Shown one piece after another: positions 1 to 10,042 of a stretch of DNA of 64,000 bases. The DNA is from Bacillota bacterium (GTDB lineage: Bacteria > Bacillota > Sulfobacillia > JAJYWN01 > JAJZPE01). Every line of letters begins with the position of its first letter. The stretch's first letter is position 1. Made by a program: the position numbers and the translations under genes. The notes below the pieces were generated by a model that was given only the letters and a program-made list of their open reading frames with translations, was not told the origin of the DNA and searched no databases. The stretch is taken from assembly GCA_021811325.1 (NCBI GenBank), contig JAJZPE010000001.1, positions 9,049 through 73,048 on the forward strand, in the 5' to 3' direction.

Positions 1-651
1 GATGCCGTCACGGCCGGTCTTCGAGCCGACCAGGATGAGCGGGTTGCCCTCGCCCTCAGCCCGGCCATAGAAGACTTGGTCGCGGTCGACAAGGCCGACG
101 CACATCGCGTTGACCAATGGGTTGCCACGGTAAGAGGGCTCGAAGTAGACCTCGCCGCCCACCGTCGGGCAGCCGAAGCAGTTGCCGTAGCCGCCGATGC
201 CCCCGACCACCCCGCCGAAGAGCCAGCGGTTCTTGCCCTCGTCGAGCTCGCCGAAGCGCAGTGAGTCGAGGATGGCGATGGGCCGCGCGCCCATGGCGAA
301 GATGTCGCGGAGGATGCCCCCGACCCCGGTGGCCGCGCCCTGGTACGGTTCGATGAAGGACGGGTGGTTGTGGCTCTCGATCTTGAAGGCCACGGCGATG
401 CCGTCGCCGATGTCGACGACCCCGGCGTTCTCGCCGGGCCCCTGGACGACCCGCGGCCCGCGGGTCGGCAGCTTCTTCAGCGAGGACTTCGATGTCTTGT
501 AGCTGCAGTGCTCGGACCACATCAGGCCGAACAGGCCGAGTTCCACCGGGTTGGGCGGCCGCCCGAGGAGGCCCTCGATGCGCCCATACTCCTCGTGGGT
601 CAGGCCGACCTCTTCCCAGGGGCGGGCCGTCGCCTTGCGGTCAGCGGCCAT
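1..651 (-). CDS. purL: phosphoribosylformylglycinamidine synthase II PurL, N-terminal part (partial; continues beyond window start)
   Basis: Reverse-complement translation from ATG at 651 gives '[52 protein letters not shown]...[15 protein letters not shown]...[13 protein letters not shown]', the conserved PurL N-terminus. Not in the ORF table because it runs off the window edge. Lies immediately downstream of purQ in the pur operon. Confidence 0.9.
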   Translation of the reverse strand, partial: MAADRKATARPWEEVGLTHEEYGRIEGLLGRPPNPVELGLFGLMWSEHCSYKTSKSSLKKLPTRGPRVVQGPGENAGVVDIGDGIAVAFKIESHNHPSFIEPYQGAATGVGGILRDIFAMGARPIAILDSLRFGELDEGKNRWLFGGVVGGIGGYGNCFGCPTVGGEVYFEPSYRGNPLVNAMCVGLVDRDQVFYGRAEGEGNPLILVGSKTGRDGI

Positions 652-1420
652 CGGCGGCCCCTCCCTTCCCGGGGGTCTCCCGCGACCTCGCCCGCGCGGC
701 CGCGGCCGGCACCCACCGGGCGCCCGCCGTGCCTTCCACGTAGGCGACGATGGACTCGAAGATGGGCCGCCCGTCCTCCATGCCCAAGAGCCGCTCGGCG
801 GCTATCTCCGGGTGGGGCATCATCCCGAGGACATTGCCCCGCTCGTTGATTATCCCGGCGATGTTGTTCAGCGACCCGTTGGGGTTGGCCGCCGGCGTCA
901 CCGCGCCGTCCGGCGCAACGTAACGGAAGACGACACGGCCGTTCCGCTCGAGTTCCTCGAGGGTCGCCCGATCGGCGTGGTAGTTGCCCTCGCCGTGCTT
1001 GATCGGGATGCGCAGGACCTGGCCGGGGCGGCAGCGGTTGGTGAAGGGCGTGGCCGCGTTCTCCACCCGGAGGTGGACGTCGTGACAGCGGAACTTGAGG
1101 TTGTCGTTCCGGCGCATGGCCCCCGGCAACAGACCCGCCTCGAGGAGGATCTGGAAGCCGTTGCAGATGCCGATGACCGGCCGGCCGGCGGCGGCGAACT
1201 CCTCGACGGCCCCCATTATCGGCGAGAACCGGGCGATGGCCCCGGTCCTCAGGTAGTCACCGTAAGAGAAACCGCCCGGCAGGACCACCGCGTCGAACCC
1301 GTCGAGGCTCGTGTCCTTATGCCAGACAAAATCGGCCGGCTGGCCGAGGACATCGGCGACCACGTGATGGCAATCCAGCTCGCAGTTGGTGCCCGGGAAA
1401 ACGACGACCGCCCAGCGCAT
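641..1420 (-). CDS. purQ: phosphoribosylformylglycinamidine synthase I, glutaminase subunit PurQ
   Basis: '[16 protein letters not shown]...[13 protein letters not shown]...GICNGFQIL...MMPHPE' matches the class-I glutamine amidotransferase PurQ. The ATG at 1420 overlaps the purS stop as ATGA. The upstream Arg-rich residues in the table ORF are spurious. Confidence 0.92.
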   Translation of the reverse strand: MRWAVVVFPGTNCELDCHHVVADVLGQPADFVWHKDTSLDGFDAVVLPGGFSYGDYLRTGAIARFSPIMGAVEEFAAAGRPVIGICNGFQILLEAGLLPGAMRRNDNLKFRCHDVHLRVENAATPFTNRCRPGQVLRIPIKHGEGNYHADRATLEELERNGRVVFRYVAPDGAVTPAANPNGSLNNIAGIINERGNVLGMMPHPEIAAERLLGMEDGRPIFESIVAYVEGTAGARWVPAAAARARSRETPGKGGAADGR

Positions 1421-1695
1421 CAGGAGTCCCCCTGGGCCTCGGTCAGGTCGAAGCGGGACTGCTCGATGACCGGGTTGGCCAGCAGCCGCCGGCACATCTC
1501 CTCGACCCGGGCGAGGGCTGTTTCCCGGTCCGGGGCCGCCAGCCCCAGCTCGACGTATTTGCCCACCCGGACGTCCCCGACTTCGTCAAAGCCCAGGACC
1601 TTCAGGGCGTTCTCGACCGCCCGCCCCTGCGGGTCCAGCACGCCGTGCTTCAGGGTCACGTAAACCCTGGCCTTCCACGCGGTCATCGTCGTCAT
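1420..1695 (-). CDS. purS: phosphoribosylformylglycinamidine synthase subunit PurS
   Basis: ~85-aa protein with '[29 protein letters not shown]' (PurS family), located between purC and purQ. Confidence 0.9.
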   Translation of the reverse strand: MTTMTAWKARVYVTLKHGVLDPQGRAVENALKVLGFDEVGDVRVGKYVELGLAAPDRETALARVEEMCRRLLANPVIEQSRFDLTEAQGDS

Positions 1696-1699
1696 CGAA

Positions 1700-2440
1700 T
1701 CATCGCCCTCCGGCCCCGATGGTCGTTACCCGGCGCAGGACTTCCTGGTAGGCCTCCTCGGCCCCGCCCAGGTCCCGGCGGAAACGGTCTTTGTCCAACT
1801 TTTCCTTGGTCGTGCGGTCCCAGAAGCGGCAGGTGTCCGGGGAGATCTCGTCGCCCAGGAGGACCTGCCCGTGGTGCGTTCCGAACTCGAGCTTGAAGTC
1901 GATCAGGTCGACGTTCCGCGGGGCCAGGAACTCCCCGAGGTAGCCGTTGATCGCCAGGGCCTGCCTCTCGACCTCGCGGACCTGCTCCGGCTCGGCCAGG
2001 CCGACCGCCCGGATGTGGTCCTCGTTGATCATCGGGTCGCCCAGGGCATCGCTCTTGTAGTAGAATTCGAGGACGGTGGAGCGCAGCGGCGTCCCCTCCT
2101 CGAGGCCGAGGCGCTTGGCCAGACTCCCGGCGGCGATGTTGCGGACGACGACCTCGATGGGCAATATCTTCAATCGCTTGACGAGCATCTCGCGGTCGCT
2201 GAGGGTCTTCACGTAGTGGGTCTTCAGCCCGCGGCCCTCGAGGTACTCAAAGAAGATGGTCGACATGCGGTTGTTGTAGACACCCTTGTTCTCGATGATC
2301 CCCTTTTTCTTGCCGTCAAAGGCCGTGGCCGAGTCTTTGTACTCGACGATGAGCAGGTCCGGGTCGGTCGTCTCGTAGACGATCTTGGCCTTGCCTTCGT
2401 ATAGCCTGTTCGTCTTGTCCACTGGCTCACTCCCTTTCAC
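1700..2440 (-). CDS. purC: phosphoribosylaminoimidazole-succinocarboxamide synthase (SAICAR synthetase) PurC
   Basis: '[35 protein letters not shown]...[17 protein letters not shown]...DTCRFWD' are SAICAR synthetase motifs. Confidence 0.92.
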   Translation of the reverse strand: MKGSEPVDKTNRLYEGKAKIVYETTDPDLLIVEYKDSATAFDGKKKGIIENKGVYNNRMSTIFFEYLEGRGLKTHYVKTLSDREMLVKRLKILPIEVVVRNIAAGSLAKRLGLEEGTPLRSTVLEFYYKSDALGDPMINEDHIRAVGLAEPEQVREVERQALAINGYLGEFLAPRNVDLIDFKLEFGTHHGQVLLGDEISPDTCRFWDRTTKEKLDKDRFRRDLGGAEEAYQEVLRRVTTIGAGGR

Positions 2441-3803
2441 GGGTCACCGTCCCGCGTCGCTCAATAGCCGGAGCCCAAGGCTCACCGCGTGGATAATCCG
2501 CATGGTCGAGGCCGAGCCCGACCCGGGTGAAGATCTCCTCGACGTGCTTCAGGTGGTCGGTGTAGGCGAAGCCGGCCGCCAGTTCTTCGGGACTGAGGTA
2601 GCGGCGGACCCGCTCGTCGGCGGCCACTCGTTCTATGAAGGTCGGGCCGCCCCGCCAGGCCTCCATGGCCAGCCCCTGGACGATGGCGTAGGCCTCCTCG
2701 CGCTTGAGCCCCTTCTCGACCAGCGCCAGGAGGACCTTTTGGGAGAAGATGAGCCCGCCGGTCAGCTCCAGGTTCTGGCGCATCCGCTCGGGATAGACGA
2801 GGAGCTTGTCCAGGAGGTTGGTGAAGCGTTCGAGCATGTAGTCGAGGAGGATGGTCGCGTCGGGCAGGACGACCCGCTCGACCGACGAGTTCGAGATGTC
2901 CCGCTCGTTCCACAGGAGCTCGTTCTCCATGGCCGCCACGGCGTAGCCGCGGACGACCCGGGCGAGCCCGCTCATCTGCTCCAGCCCGACGGGGTTGCGC
3001 TTGTGGGGCATCGCCGACGAGCCCTTCTGGCCGGGCTTGAAGTACTCCTCGACCTCGCGGATCTCGGTCCGCTGCAGGGTGCGAAGCTCGGCGGCCATCT
3101 TATCGAGGGACGTGGCGATGAGGGCCAGAGTGGTGACGTACTCCGCGTGCCTGTCGCGCTGCAGGACCTGGGTCGAGGCCTCGGCCGGCTTGAGGTGGAG
3201 CTTCTCGCAGACGTACTTCTCGACGAAGGGGTCGATGTTGGCGAAGGTGCCGACGGCCCCGGAGAGCCGGCCGACGCTGACCACCTCGCGGGCCCGCTTC
3301 AGGCGGTCCCAGTGGCGGTTCATCTCGGCGTACCACACGGCCAGCTTCAGGCCGAAGGTGATGGGCTCGGCGTGAACCCCATGGGTGCGCCCGATCATCA
3401 CCACGTCCTTGAACTCGCGGGCCCGGCGCCCCAGGACGGACAGCAGGCGGTCGAGGTCGGACAGGAGGACCTCGGCCGCCTCGCGCATGATCAGCGAGAG
3501 GGCGGTGTCGACGACATCGTAGGACGTCAGCCCGTAGTGGAGGTACTTCCCGGCCTCGCCGACCGTCTCGGCCACACCGCTGACGAAGGCGATGACGTCG
3601 TGCCCGACCTCGGCCTCGATGGCCAGGATGCGGTCCACGTCGATGGTGGCCTTCCGGCGGATCTCCTCAACCGCCTCGCGCGGGATCTTGCCCAGTTCCG
3701 CCCAGGCCTCGCAGGCCAGGACCTCGACCTCGAGCATCCGCCGGTAACGGTTCGGCAGTTCCCACAGGCCCTTCATCTTGGGCCGGGAGTAGCGGTCAAT
3801 CAT
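2427..3803 (-). CDS. purB: adenylosuccinate lyase PurB
   Basis: 458 aa with '[15 protein letters not shown]...[14 protein letters not shown]...' fumarate-lyase family signature (SSxMPxKxN) and full-length similarity to PurB. Confidence 0.93.
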   Translation of the reverse strand: MIDRYSRPKMKGLWELPNRYRRMLEVEVLACEAWAELGKIPREAVEEIRRKATIDVDRILAIEAEVGHDVIAFVSGVAETVGEAGKYLHYGLTSYDVVDTALSLIMREAAEVLLSDLDRLLSVLGRRAREFKDVVMIGRTHGVHAEPITFGLKLAVWYAEMNRHWDRLKRAREVVSVGRLSGAVGTFANIDPFVEKYVCEKLHLKPAEASTQVLQRDRHAEYVTTLALIATSLDKMAAELRTLQRTEIREVEEYFKPGQKGSSAMPHKRNPVGLEQMSGLARVVRGYAVAAMENELLWNERDISNSSVERVVLPDATILLDYMLERFTNLLDKLLVYPERMRQNLELTGGLIFSQKVLLALVEKGLKREEAYAIVQGLAMEAWRGGPTFIERVAADERVRRYLSPEELAAGFAYTDHLKHVEEIFTRVGLGLDHADYPRGEPWAPAIERRGTVTRERE

Positions 3804-3854
3804 CGCTCAGCGCCCTCTCTGGTCATCAGCCATCTCCGACCGCCCGCGGGCGGT

Positions 3855-4523
3855 TCAGACCATGGACGGTTGCGGCTGGCCGTTCGGCTTGCGGCGGCGC
3901 CCCGAGCGGCGGCTGCGCCGGCGCGGCTGGCCCGGTTCGTCCTTGACGAAGGCCGCCTGCTGGGCCGGTTGCGCGGGCTGGGCGGGCTGGGCGGGCTGGA
4001 CCGGCTGCCCCGGCGGCGCGGTCTGCGCGACCAGCTCGCCCTCGAGGCGGGTCGACTTCTCGGCCACGCCCTCGGCCAGGCGGCGCTTGTAATTGCCGAG
4101 CCGCTCCCGCAGGGACTGGTACTTCAGCGAGAGGACCTGCACCGCCAGGATGCCGGCGTTCCGGGCCGCGTCGATGCCGACGGTGGCCACCGGGACGCCC
4201 GGCGGCATCTGGACGGTCGAGTAGAGGGCGTCGACGCCGCCCATGGCCGAACCGGAGAGGGGCACGCCGACGACCGGCAGCGTGGTCCACGAGGCGATGA
4301 CCCCGGCCAGGTGGGCCGCGCCCCCGGCGGCGGCGATGATGACGTCGTAGCCTTCCTCGGCGGCGCCGGCCGCGAAGTCGGCGGCCCGTTGCGGGCTGCG
4401 GTGGGCGGAGATGATGTTGACCCGGTAACCGATGCCCATCTCGGTGAGGGTCGTCAGGCACTCCTTCATCTTGGGAAAGTCAGAGTCGCTGCCCAAGACG
4501 ACAGCGACAAGGCCGCTCGGCAT
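3855..4523 (-). CDS. purE: 5-(carboxyamino)imidazole ribonucleotide mutase PurE with unusual C-terminal PAQ-repeat/Arg-rich extension
   Basis: 'MPSGLVAVVLGSDSDFPKMKECL...IISAHRSP...AAAGGAAHLAGV...VVGVPL' is the PurE core. The start at ATG 4523 has an AAGGAG RBS. The C-terminus carries the extra ~60 aa 'PPGQPVQPAQPAQPAQPAQQ...RRRSRRSGRRRK', encoded by the tandem repeat gggctgggcgggctgggcgggctgg near 3975-4000. Confidence 0.88.
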   Translation of the reverse strand: MPSGLVAVVLGSDSDFPKMKECLTTLTEMGIGYRVNIISAHRSPQRAADFAAGAAEEGYDVIIAAAGGAAHLAGVIASWTTLPVVGVPLSGSAMGGVDALYSTVQMPPGVPVATVGIDAARNAGILAVQVLSLKYQSLRERLGNYKRRLAEGVAEKSTRLEGELVAQTAPPGQPVQPAQPAQPAQPAQQAAFVKDEPGQPRRRSRRSGRRRKPNGQPQPSMV

Positions 4524-4612
4524 GGAATCACTCCTTTGTCTTGGGGCCCCGGGAACGGCCGACGGCCGCGCCGCCCGGCCGACCGGGGCCCCCTTACAGG
4601 CTCGTTGCTGGA

Positions 4613-5905
4613 TCAAAGCAGGAAACTGGCGGCAAAGAGGACCGCCACGACGTACAGCAGCCAGTGGACGTCCTTGGTCTTGCCGGTGAACAGCTTGATC
4701 AAAGCGTAGGTGATGAAGCCGTAACCGATGCCGCGGGCGATGCTGTAGGTCAGGGGGATGGTCAGGATGGTCAGAAAGGCCGGTAGGGCCTCATCGAACT
4801 GGTTGAAGGGGATGTCCTTGACCACGGTCATCATCAGGAACCCGACGATGATGAGGGCCGGGGCCACGGCGACGCCGGGGACGATCCCGATCACCGGGGC
4901 GAAGAAGATCGACAGCAGGAAGAGAATGGCCACGACGACCGAGGTCAGGCCGGTCCGCCCGCCCTCTGAGACGCCGGCCGCGCTCTCCACGTAGGTCGTG
5001 ATCGAGCTGGCGCCGAAGAGCCCGCCGGTGACGGCGGCCAGCGAGTCGACCAAGAGGACCCGGTTCAGACCGGGCATCTTGCCCTTCTCATCGAGGAAGC
5101 CGGCCCCGCCGCCGATGGCCACGACGGTGCCCATCGTATCGAAGAAGTCGGTGATGAGAAAGGCGAAGATGACCGCCCAGAGGGCCGGCACGGCCAGAGC
5201 GCTGAGGTTGAACTGGAACATCGTGCCGAAGGAAGCGGCCGACGGGATGTCGATGAAGTTCGTCGGGATCGGCGCGACCTTGAGGATGATGCCCAGGACC
5301 GTCGAGAAGATGATCCCCAGGAGGATGGACCCCTTGACCCGGTGGGCCATCATCAAGGCCGTGACGACGAGGCCGAAGACGGCCACGACGGCGGTGGCGC
5401 TCTTGAAGGTGCCGAAGGTGACCAGGGTGGCCGGGCTCTTGACGACGAAGCCGGCGCCCTGGAGGCCGATGAAGGCGATGAAGAGCCCGATGCCGACGCC
5501 GATGGCCCGTTTCAGGGAAGTCGGGATGGCGTCCATGATCAGCTCACGGACCCGGGTCAGGACGAAGATGGTGATGATGACGCCCTCAATGACCACCATG
5601 CCCATGGCTTCCTGCCACGAGAGATTGAGGCCGAGGACCACCGAGTAGGTCAGGAAGGCGTTAAGGCCCATGCCTGACGCCAGGGCGAACGGGTAGTTCG
5701 TGTAGAGTCCCATGGCCAGCGTGACGAGACCGGCGCCGAGGGCGGTGGCGAAGATGGCTCCGGTCGGCGGGACACCGGCGTCCTTGAGGATCAAAGGATT
5801 GACGAAGATGATGTAGGCCATGGTCATGAAGGTGGCCAGGCCGGCGATGACTTCGGTGCGGACGTCAGTCTTGCGCTCGCTCAGCCGGAATAACCGTTCT
5901 AACAC
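4613..5905 (-). CDS. NCS2-family purine (adenine/guanine/hypoxanthine) permease (AzgA/PbuG-like)
   Basis: 430-aa polytopic membrane protein 'TEVIAGLATFMTMAYIIFVNP...GVPPTGAIFATALGAG...TYVESAAGVSEGGRTGLT', typical of the AzgA/PbuG hypoxanthine/guanine permease family. GTG start with a GGAGGG RBS. Sits between the promoter/leader and purE. Confidence 0.85.
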   Translation of the reverse strand: MLERLFRLSERKTDVRTEVIAGLATFMTMAYIIFVNPLILKDAGVPPTGAIFATALGAGLVTLAMGLYTNYPFALASGMGLNAFLTYSVVLGLNLSWQEAMGMVVIEGVIITIFVLTRVRELIMDAIPTSLKRAIGVGIGLFIAFIGLQGAGFVVKSPATLVTFGTFKSATAVVAVFGLVVTALMMAHRVKGSILLGIIFSTVLGIILKVAPIPTNFIDIPSAASFGTMFQFNLSALAVPALWAVIFAFLITDFFDTMGTVVAIGGGAGFLDEKGKMPGLNRVLLVDSLAAVTGGLFGASSITTYVESAAGVSEGGRTGLTSVVVAILFLLSIFFAPVIGIVPGVAVAPALIIVGFLMMTVVKDIPFNQFDEALPAFLTILTIPLTYSIARGIGYGFITYALIKLFTGKTKDVHWLLYVVAVLFAASFLL

Positions 5906-6076
5906 TCGCTCTTCCCTCCTGTCTGATCTTTTGGTCTCCCCATCGGGGTATTGTTCCCTGAGCCCGCTGGGCTATTTCCCGGGCCTCACCCCCTACGGGC
6001 GGTCGACGAGCGTTCACCGCCGGCCGTTGGGTGAATATTCGCCCGCCGGCCGGCAACAGCCCGTCCACTCGCCTCA

Positions 6077-6105
6077 ATCATACCAACTGATGGCTCGACT
6101 GTCAA
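6077..6105 (-). promoter_or_regulatory. sigma70-type promoter (TTGACA-17-TATGAT) for the permease-purEBCSQL transcript
   Basis: Minus strand reads 'TTGACAgtcgagccatcagttggTATGAT' (-35 at 6100-6105, -10 at 6077-6082), a near-consensus -35/-10 with a 17-nt spacer in a 70% GC background. The predicted TSS is ~6070, giving a ~165-nt leader. Confidence 0.7.
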
Positions 6106-6199
6106 CAAAAAGCCGAATGTTGAAGTCGCGCCATCCAAAATCATTCGCCTTTCCTGATGTGAACCTCGGCCCCGCCGGCCCGCGCCGGGCGGCCGACGG

Positions 6200-7762
6200 T
6201 CACTCCCACTCGACGGTCGCCGGCGGTTTCGTGGTCACGTCGTAGACGAGGCGGTTGACCCCCTTGACCTCGTTGACGACCCGGCTCGAGATGCGTTCGA
6301 GGAGCTCATAGGGCAGCCGCGCCCAGTCGACGGTCATAAAGTCCTGGCCGGTGATGGCCCGTAGGACGACCGTGTGGCCGTAAGTCCGCTCGTCGCCCAT
6401 CACCCCGACACTGCGCACCGGCAGGAGCACCGCGAAGACCTGGAGCAGGCGGTCGTACCAGCCGGCCCGCCGGACCTCTTCGATGACGATGGCGTCGGCC
6501 TGGCGCAGAGTCTCCAGGCGCCCGCGGTTGACCTCGCCGAGGACCCGCACGGCCAACCCGGGGCCGGGGAACGGATGGCGCCAGACCAGTTCCGCGGGCA
6601 GGCCGAGCTCCAAGCCGACCTGCCGGACCTCGTCCTTGAACAGCTGCCGCAGGGGCTCGACAAGCTTGAAACGCATCTCGGCGGGGAGCCCGCCCACGTT
6701 GTGGTGGCTCTTGATGATCGAGGCCGGCCCGCCGGGGCCGCCCCCGGACTCGATGACGTCGGGGTAGATGGTCCCCTGGGCCAGGAAGCCGACCTCGCCG
6801 GCAAGCTTGGCCGCACCTTCTTCGAAGACGCGGACGAACTCTCCCCCGATGATCTTGCGTTTTTGTTCGGGGTCGGTGACCCCGGCCAGGCGGCGCAGGA
6901 ACCGGTCCGAGGCGTCGACGTGGACCAGGCGCATCCCGAAGTGGCCGCCGAAGGTGGTCACGACCTGTTCCGCCTCACCCTGACGGAGGAGACCGTTGTC
7001 CACGAAGAGGCAGGTCAGGCGGTCACCCACGGCCCGCTGGACGAGGGCGGCGGTGACCGACGAATCGACCCCGCCGGACAGGGCGCAGAGGACGTGGCCG
7101 TCGCCGATGGTGGCCCGGATGCGGCCGACCGCCTCGTCGACAAAGGAGCCGGCGCCCCAGTCGCCCTTGCAGCCGGCCACGTTGAAGAGGAACCCCTTGA
7201 GGATGTCGAGGCCTTTCGGGGTGTGGACGACCTCCGGGTGGAACTGCACGCCGTAGAGGCACCGCTCCGGAGCGGCCATCGCGGCCACCGGCGTGTTCTC
7301 CGTGCGGGCGATAACAGAAAAGCCCGGCGGTGGTTCCTGGACCAACACGCCGTGGCTCATCCAGACATCGATGGTCGGGTCGAAGCCCCTGAAGATGGCC
7401 GCCTCGGCATCGACCTGAACCTTGACCGGACCGTACTCGCGGATTTCAGCCTTGGTCACGTGGCCGCCCATGAGGAAGGCCATCAACTGCATCCCGTAGC
7501 AGATGCCGAAGACCGGCACGCCGCTCTCGAAGAGGGCCGGGTCGTAGCGTGGCGCGCCGTCCTCGTAGACACTCGCCGGCCCGCCGGAGAGGATGACCGC
7601 CTTGGGCTTCCTCGCCAGGAGGTCGTCGAGGGACGTGGTCCATGGGACGACCTCGCTGTAGACGCCGCACTCGCGGACACGCCTGGCGATGAGCTGGTTG
7701 TACTGCGCGCCGAAGTCGATGACGGCTACCGTCTCGCGGGGTTCACTTGTGGCCAATGTCAT
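6200..7762 (-). CDS. guaA: GMP synthase (glutamine-hydrolysing) GuaA
   Basis: 520 aa: N-terminal GATase '[20 protein letters not shown]...GICYGMQLM' and C-terminal ATP-PPase '[12 protein letters not shown]...' with GMP synthase C-domain; full-length match. Confidence 0.95.
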   Translation of the reverse strand: MTLATSEPRETVAVIDFGAQYNQLIARRVRECGVYSEVVPWTTSLDDLLARKPKAVILSGGPASVYEDGAPRYDPALFESGVPVFGICYGMQLMAFLMGGHVTKAEIREYGPVKVQVDAEAAIFRGFDPTIDVWMSHGVLVQEPPPGFSVIARTENTPVAAMAAPERCLYGVQFHPEVVHTPKGLDILKGFLFNVAGCKGDWGAGSFVDEAVGRIRATIGDGHVLCALSGGVDSSVTAALVQRAVGDRLTCLFVDNGLLRQGEAEQVVTTFGGHFGMRLVHVDASDRFLRRLAGVTDPEQKRKIIGGEFVRVFEEGAAKLAGEVGFLAQGTIYPDVIESGGGPGGPASIIKSHHNVGGLPAEMRFKLVEPLRQLFKDEVRQVGLELGLPAELVWRHPFPGPGLAVRVLGEVNRGRLETLRQADAIVIEEVRRAGWYDRLLQVFAVLLPVRSVGVMGDERTYGHTVVLRAITGQDFMTVDWARLPYELLERISSRVVNEVKGVNRLVYDVTTKPPATVEWE

Positions 7763-7797
7763 TCGGACCTCTCTCGTTCAGACCCGTTCTCCGGGGT

Positions 7798-8358
7798 TCA
7801 CTTGGACGAGTTCTCGGTATAGATCTCGGGCTTGAGGATGCCGATCAGCGGGAGGTTCCGGTACCCCTCGCGGTAATCGAGTCCATAGCCGACGACGAAC
7901 TCATTGGGGATGCAGAAGCCGCAGTAGTCCACGGGGACCTGGACCTGGCGCCGCTCTTTCTTGTCGAGGAGGGTGCAGATCTTGAGGCTCCGCGGGTTCC
8001 GGGCCTTGAAGTTCTCGTACAGGTAGTTCAGGGTCAGGCCGGTGTCGACGATGTCCTCGACGAGGAGGACGTCGCGCCCGTCCATCGGCTGGTCGATGTC
8101 CTTGAGGATGCGCACCGCGCCCGAGGACTTCGTGGCCGCCCCGTACGAAGACACGGCCATGAAGTCGAAGCTGGCCGGGATGGTGATGGTCAGGGCCAGA
8201 TCGGCCAGGAAGATGGCGGCTCCCTTGAGGATGCCGACCATGAGAAGGTTCCTGCCCTGGTAGTCGCGGGAGATTTCCTTCCCCAGCTCCTTGATCCGGG
8301 CCTGGATCTTGTCCGCCGGGATGAGGACTTCCTTGAGGTCGTCGACCTGGCCGAGCAA
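7798..8358 (-). CDS. hpt: hypoxanthine-guanine phosphoribosyltransferase Hpt
   Basis: 'LLVEDIVDTGLTL' PRPP-binding motif and 'GYGLDYREGYRNLP' C-terminus match Hpt. The table ORF begins at 8541, but a TTG at ~8358 preceded by GGAGGG gives a typical ~187-aa Hpt, so the start is uncertain (8358-8541). Confidence 0.85.
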   Translation of the reverse strand: MLGQVDDLKEVLIPADKIQARIKELGKEISRDYQGRNLLMVGILKGAAIFLADLALTITIPASFDFMAVSSYGAATKSSGAVRILKDIDQPMDGRDVLLVEDIVDTGLTLNYLYENFKARNPRSLKICTLLDKKERRQVQVPVDYCGFCIPNEFVVGYGLDYREGYRNLPLIGILKPEIYTENSSK

Positions 8359-8441
8359 CGCTACCCCTCCAGATTCTTCCGATTCCGTCACACCGGCTAC
8401 AGCTTTCGCGTCACCGCGACCGATTTCCTGCTTGCGCGGCC

Positions 8442-9524
8442 TCAGACGGTGCGGCCGATCTCCGGCCTGGCGCACTCGCCGCCCTCGCCCCGAAGCAGCT
8501 CCAGGGCATGCCCGAGGACGGGCATGACCACCTCGAGGCACTCGCGGACGGCCCGCGGGCTGCCTGGCAGGTTGATGATCAGGGAGCGGCCGCGCGTGCC
8601 GGCGACGGCCCTCGAGAGCATCGCCCGGGGCGTCTTCTTCAGGCTCTCGTGGCGGATGGCCTCGGGGATGCCGGGGACCTCGTGGTCGATGGCGGCCAGG
8701 GTGGCTTCGGGGGTGTGGTCGCGCGGGGACAGCCCGGTCCCGCCGGTGGTCAGGATGAGGTTCAGATGTCGCTGGTCGGCCATGAGGATGATCCGTTCCC
8801 TGATCAACCCCTCGTCATCCGGAACGACCTCGTAGGCCGCCACCGTGCCGCCCGCGGCCTCGAGCATCTCGCCGATGACCCGGCCGCTGCGGTCCTCCCG
8901 CTCGCCGCGCGAGCCCTTGTCGCTGGCGGTGATTATCCCCACGGTGAACGGGCGGGCGGGCCCGGCGTGGGCTTGGTCAGGCGGGTCCTCGTGAACGTGG
9001 GCGCGGTCGTGTTCGTGCCCGGCGGCCGGCTCAGCGGCGGCCGTCGCCGAGGCCCCCTCGCTCAGCACGGTCAGGCGGTCGCCGACCTTGACCGGGCCGC
9101 CCTTGAGGACCCGGACGAAGATGCCCTCGCGGGGCATCACGCAGTCCCCCGCCTGCTCGTAGATGGCGCAGTGGGTGTGGCACTCCTTGCCGATCTGAGT
9201 CACCTCGACGAGCGGCCCGTCCGCGCCGTCGCCCACCCCGAGACGGGTGCCGATGGGCAGGACCACGAGGTCGAGCCCGACCGTGGTCAGGTTCTCGGCA
9301 AAGGACCCCGGGCCGACGTTGAGGCCGGCGGCCCGCATCTTCTCGACGCTCTCCAGGGCCAGCAGGCTCACCTGGCGGTGCCACGGGCCGGCATGGGCGT
9401 CGCCCTCGAGACCGTGCCCCTCAATCAGCCTCCCCCGGCCGGCGTTCTTCTTCCGCACACCCTTTTTCTCGCTGGTACAAACGGCCACCACGTGGCCGGC
9501 CGCGGTCACTCGCTCAACGGCCAT
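8442..9524 (-). CDS. MOSC-domain / molybdenum cofactor biosynthesis protein B (MoaB/MogA) fusion protein
   Basis: One continuous 361-aa frame starting at ATG 9524 (RBS GGGAGGGGGAG). The N-terminal half carries MOSC hallmarks ('[18 protein letters not shown]...[33 protein letters not shown]'). A ~40-aa Ala/His-rich linker joins it to a MoaB/MogA fold ('[20 protein letters not shown]...[18 protein letters not shown]...[10 protein letters not shown]'). Confidence 0.82.
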   Translation of the reverse strand: MAVERVTAAGHVVAVCTSEKKGVRKKNAGRGRLIEGHGLEGDAHAGPWHRQVSLLALESVEKMRAAGLNVGPGSFAENLTTVGLDLVVLPIGTRLGVGDGADGPLVEVTQIGKECHTHCAIYEQAGDCVMPREGIFVRVLKGGPVKVGDRLTVLSEGASATAAAEPAAGHEHDRAHVHEDPPDQAHAGPARPFTVGIITASDKGSRGEREDRSGRVIGEMLEAAGGTVAAYEVVPDDEGLIRERIILMADQRHLNLILTTGGTGLSPRDHTPEATLAAIDHEVPGIPEAIRHESLKKTPRAMLSRAVAGTRGRSLIINLPGSPRAVRECLEVVMPVLGHALELLRGEGGECARPEIGRTV

Positions 9525-10042
9525 TCGCTCTCCCCCTCCCGGCGCCACTCGCCGCTCTTTCCGCCAGACTTCTTGACCAGCCGGACCGGCCCGATGACCA
9601 GGCCCCGGTCGATGGCCTTGCACATGTCGTAGACCGTCAGGGCCCCGACGCTGACCGCGGTCAGGGCCTCCATCTCGGCCCCCGTCCGCCCCCTGGTCCG
9701 CACGGTGGCCTCGATGAGGAGGCGACCGCCCCTGGACGGGTCCGGGCCGTCGACGGCGGCCAGCCGCACGTCCACGCCGGTCAGCCCGATGGTGTGACAC
9801 AGCGGGATGAGGTCCGCCGTGCGCTTGGCGGCCATGATCGCCGCCAGCTGGGCCACCGCGAGGACATCGCCTTTCTTGCCCGTCCCGCGCCGGACGGCCT
9901 CCAGGGTCGCCGGCCCGACCAGCACCTCGCCGCGGGCCACCGCCTCGCGCTGGGTCACTCGCTTCGCCCCGACGTCGACCATCCGCGCCCGCCCGGCGCG
10001 GTCGAAGTGGGTCAGGGTCCGGGCCATGACGTCACCCCCCAA
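9506..10042 (-). CDS. moaC: cyclic pyranopterin monophosphate synthase MoaC
   Basis: '[21 protein letters not shown]...[29 protein letters not shown]...[24 protein letters not shown]' is the MoaC family. The start is either 10042 or 10027 (MARTLTHFD). Confidence 0.92.
   Translation of the reverse strand: MGGDVMARTLTHFDRAGRARMVDVGAKRVTQREAVARGEVLVGPATLEAVRRGTGKKGDVLAVAQLAAIMAAKRTADLIPLCHTIGLTGVDVRLAAVDGPDPSRGGRLLIEATVRTRGRTGAEMEALTAVSVGALTVYDMCKAIDRGLVIGPVRLVKKSGGKSGEWRREGESEWPLSE

Noticed and set aside
56-520. 154-aa minus-strand ORF with Arg-rich sequence at window start
   Set aside because: A different frame of the same strand encodes a textbook PurL N-terminus beginning at ATG 651. The listed ORF is an off-frame artefact.
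2385-4709. 774-aa plus-strand ORF (and many similar long ORFs such as 551-1663, 6374-7822, 23856-26252, 26849-28630, 40632-42131, 59698-61239)
   Set aside because: All lie antisense to well-supported genes. Their translations are low-complexity Gly/Asp/Arg/Pro-rich strings with no recognisable motifs, typical of stop-codon-poor antisense frames in ~70% GC DNA.
5906-6070. Expected guanine/purine riboswitch in pur operon leader
   Set aside because: I looked for the conserved purine-riboswitch cores (UAUAAU junction, GUUUCUACC, CCGUAAAU, GACUAUG) on the minus strand. None is present. The leader is retained only as an unclassified structured region.
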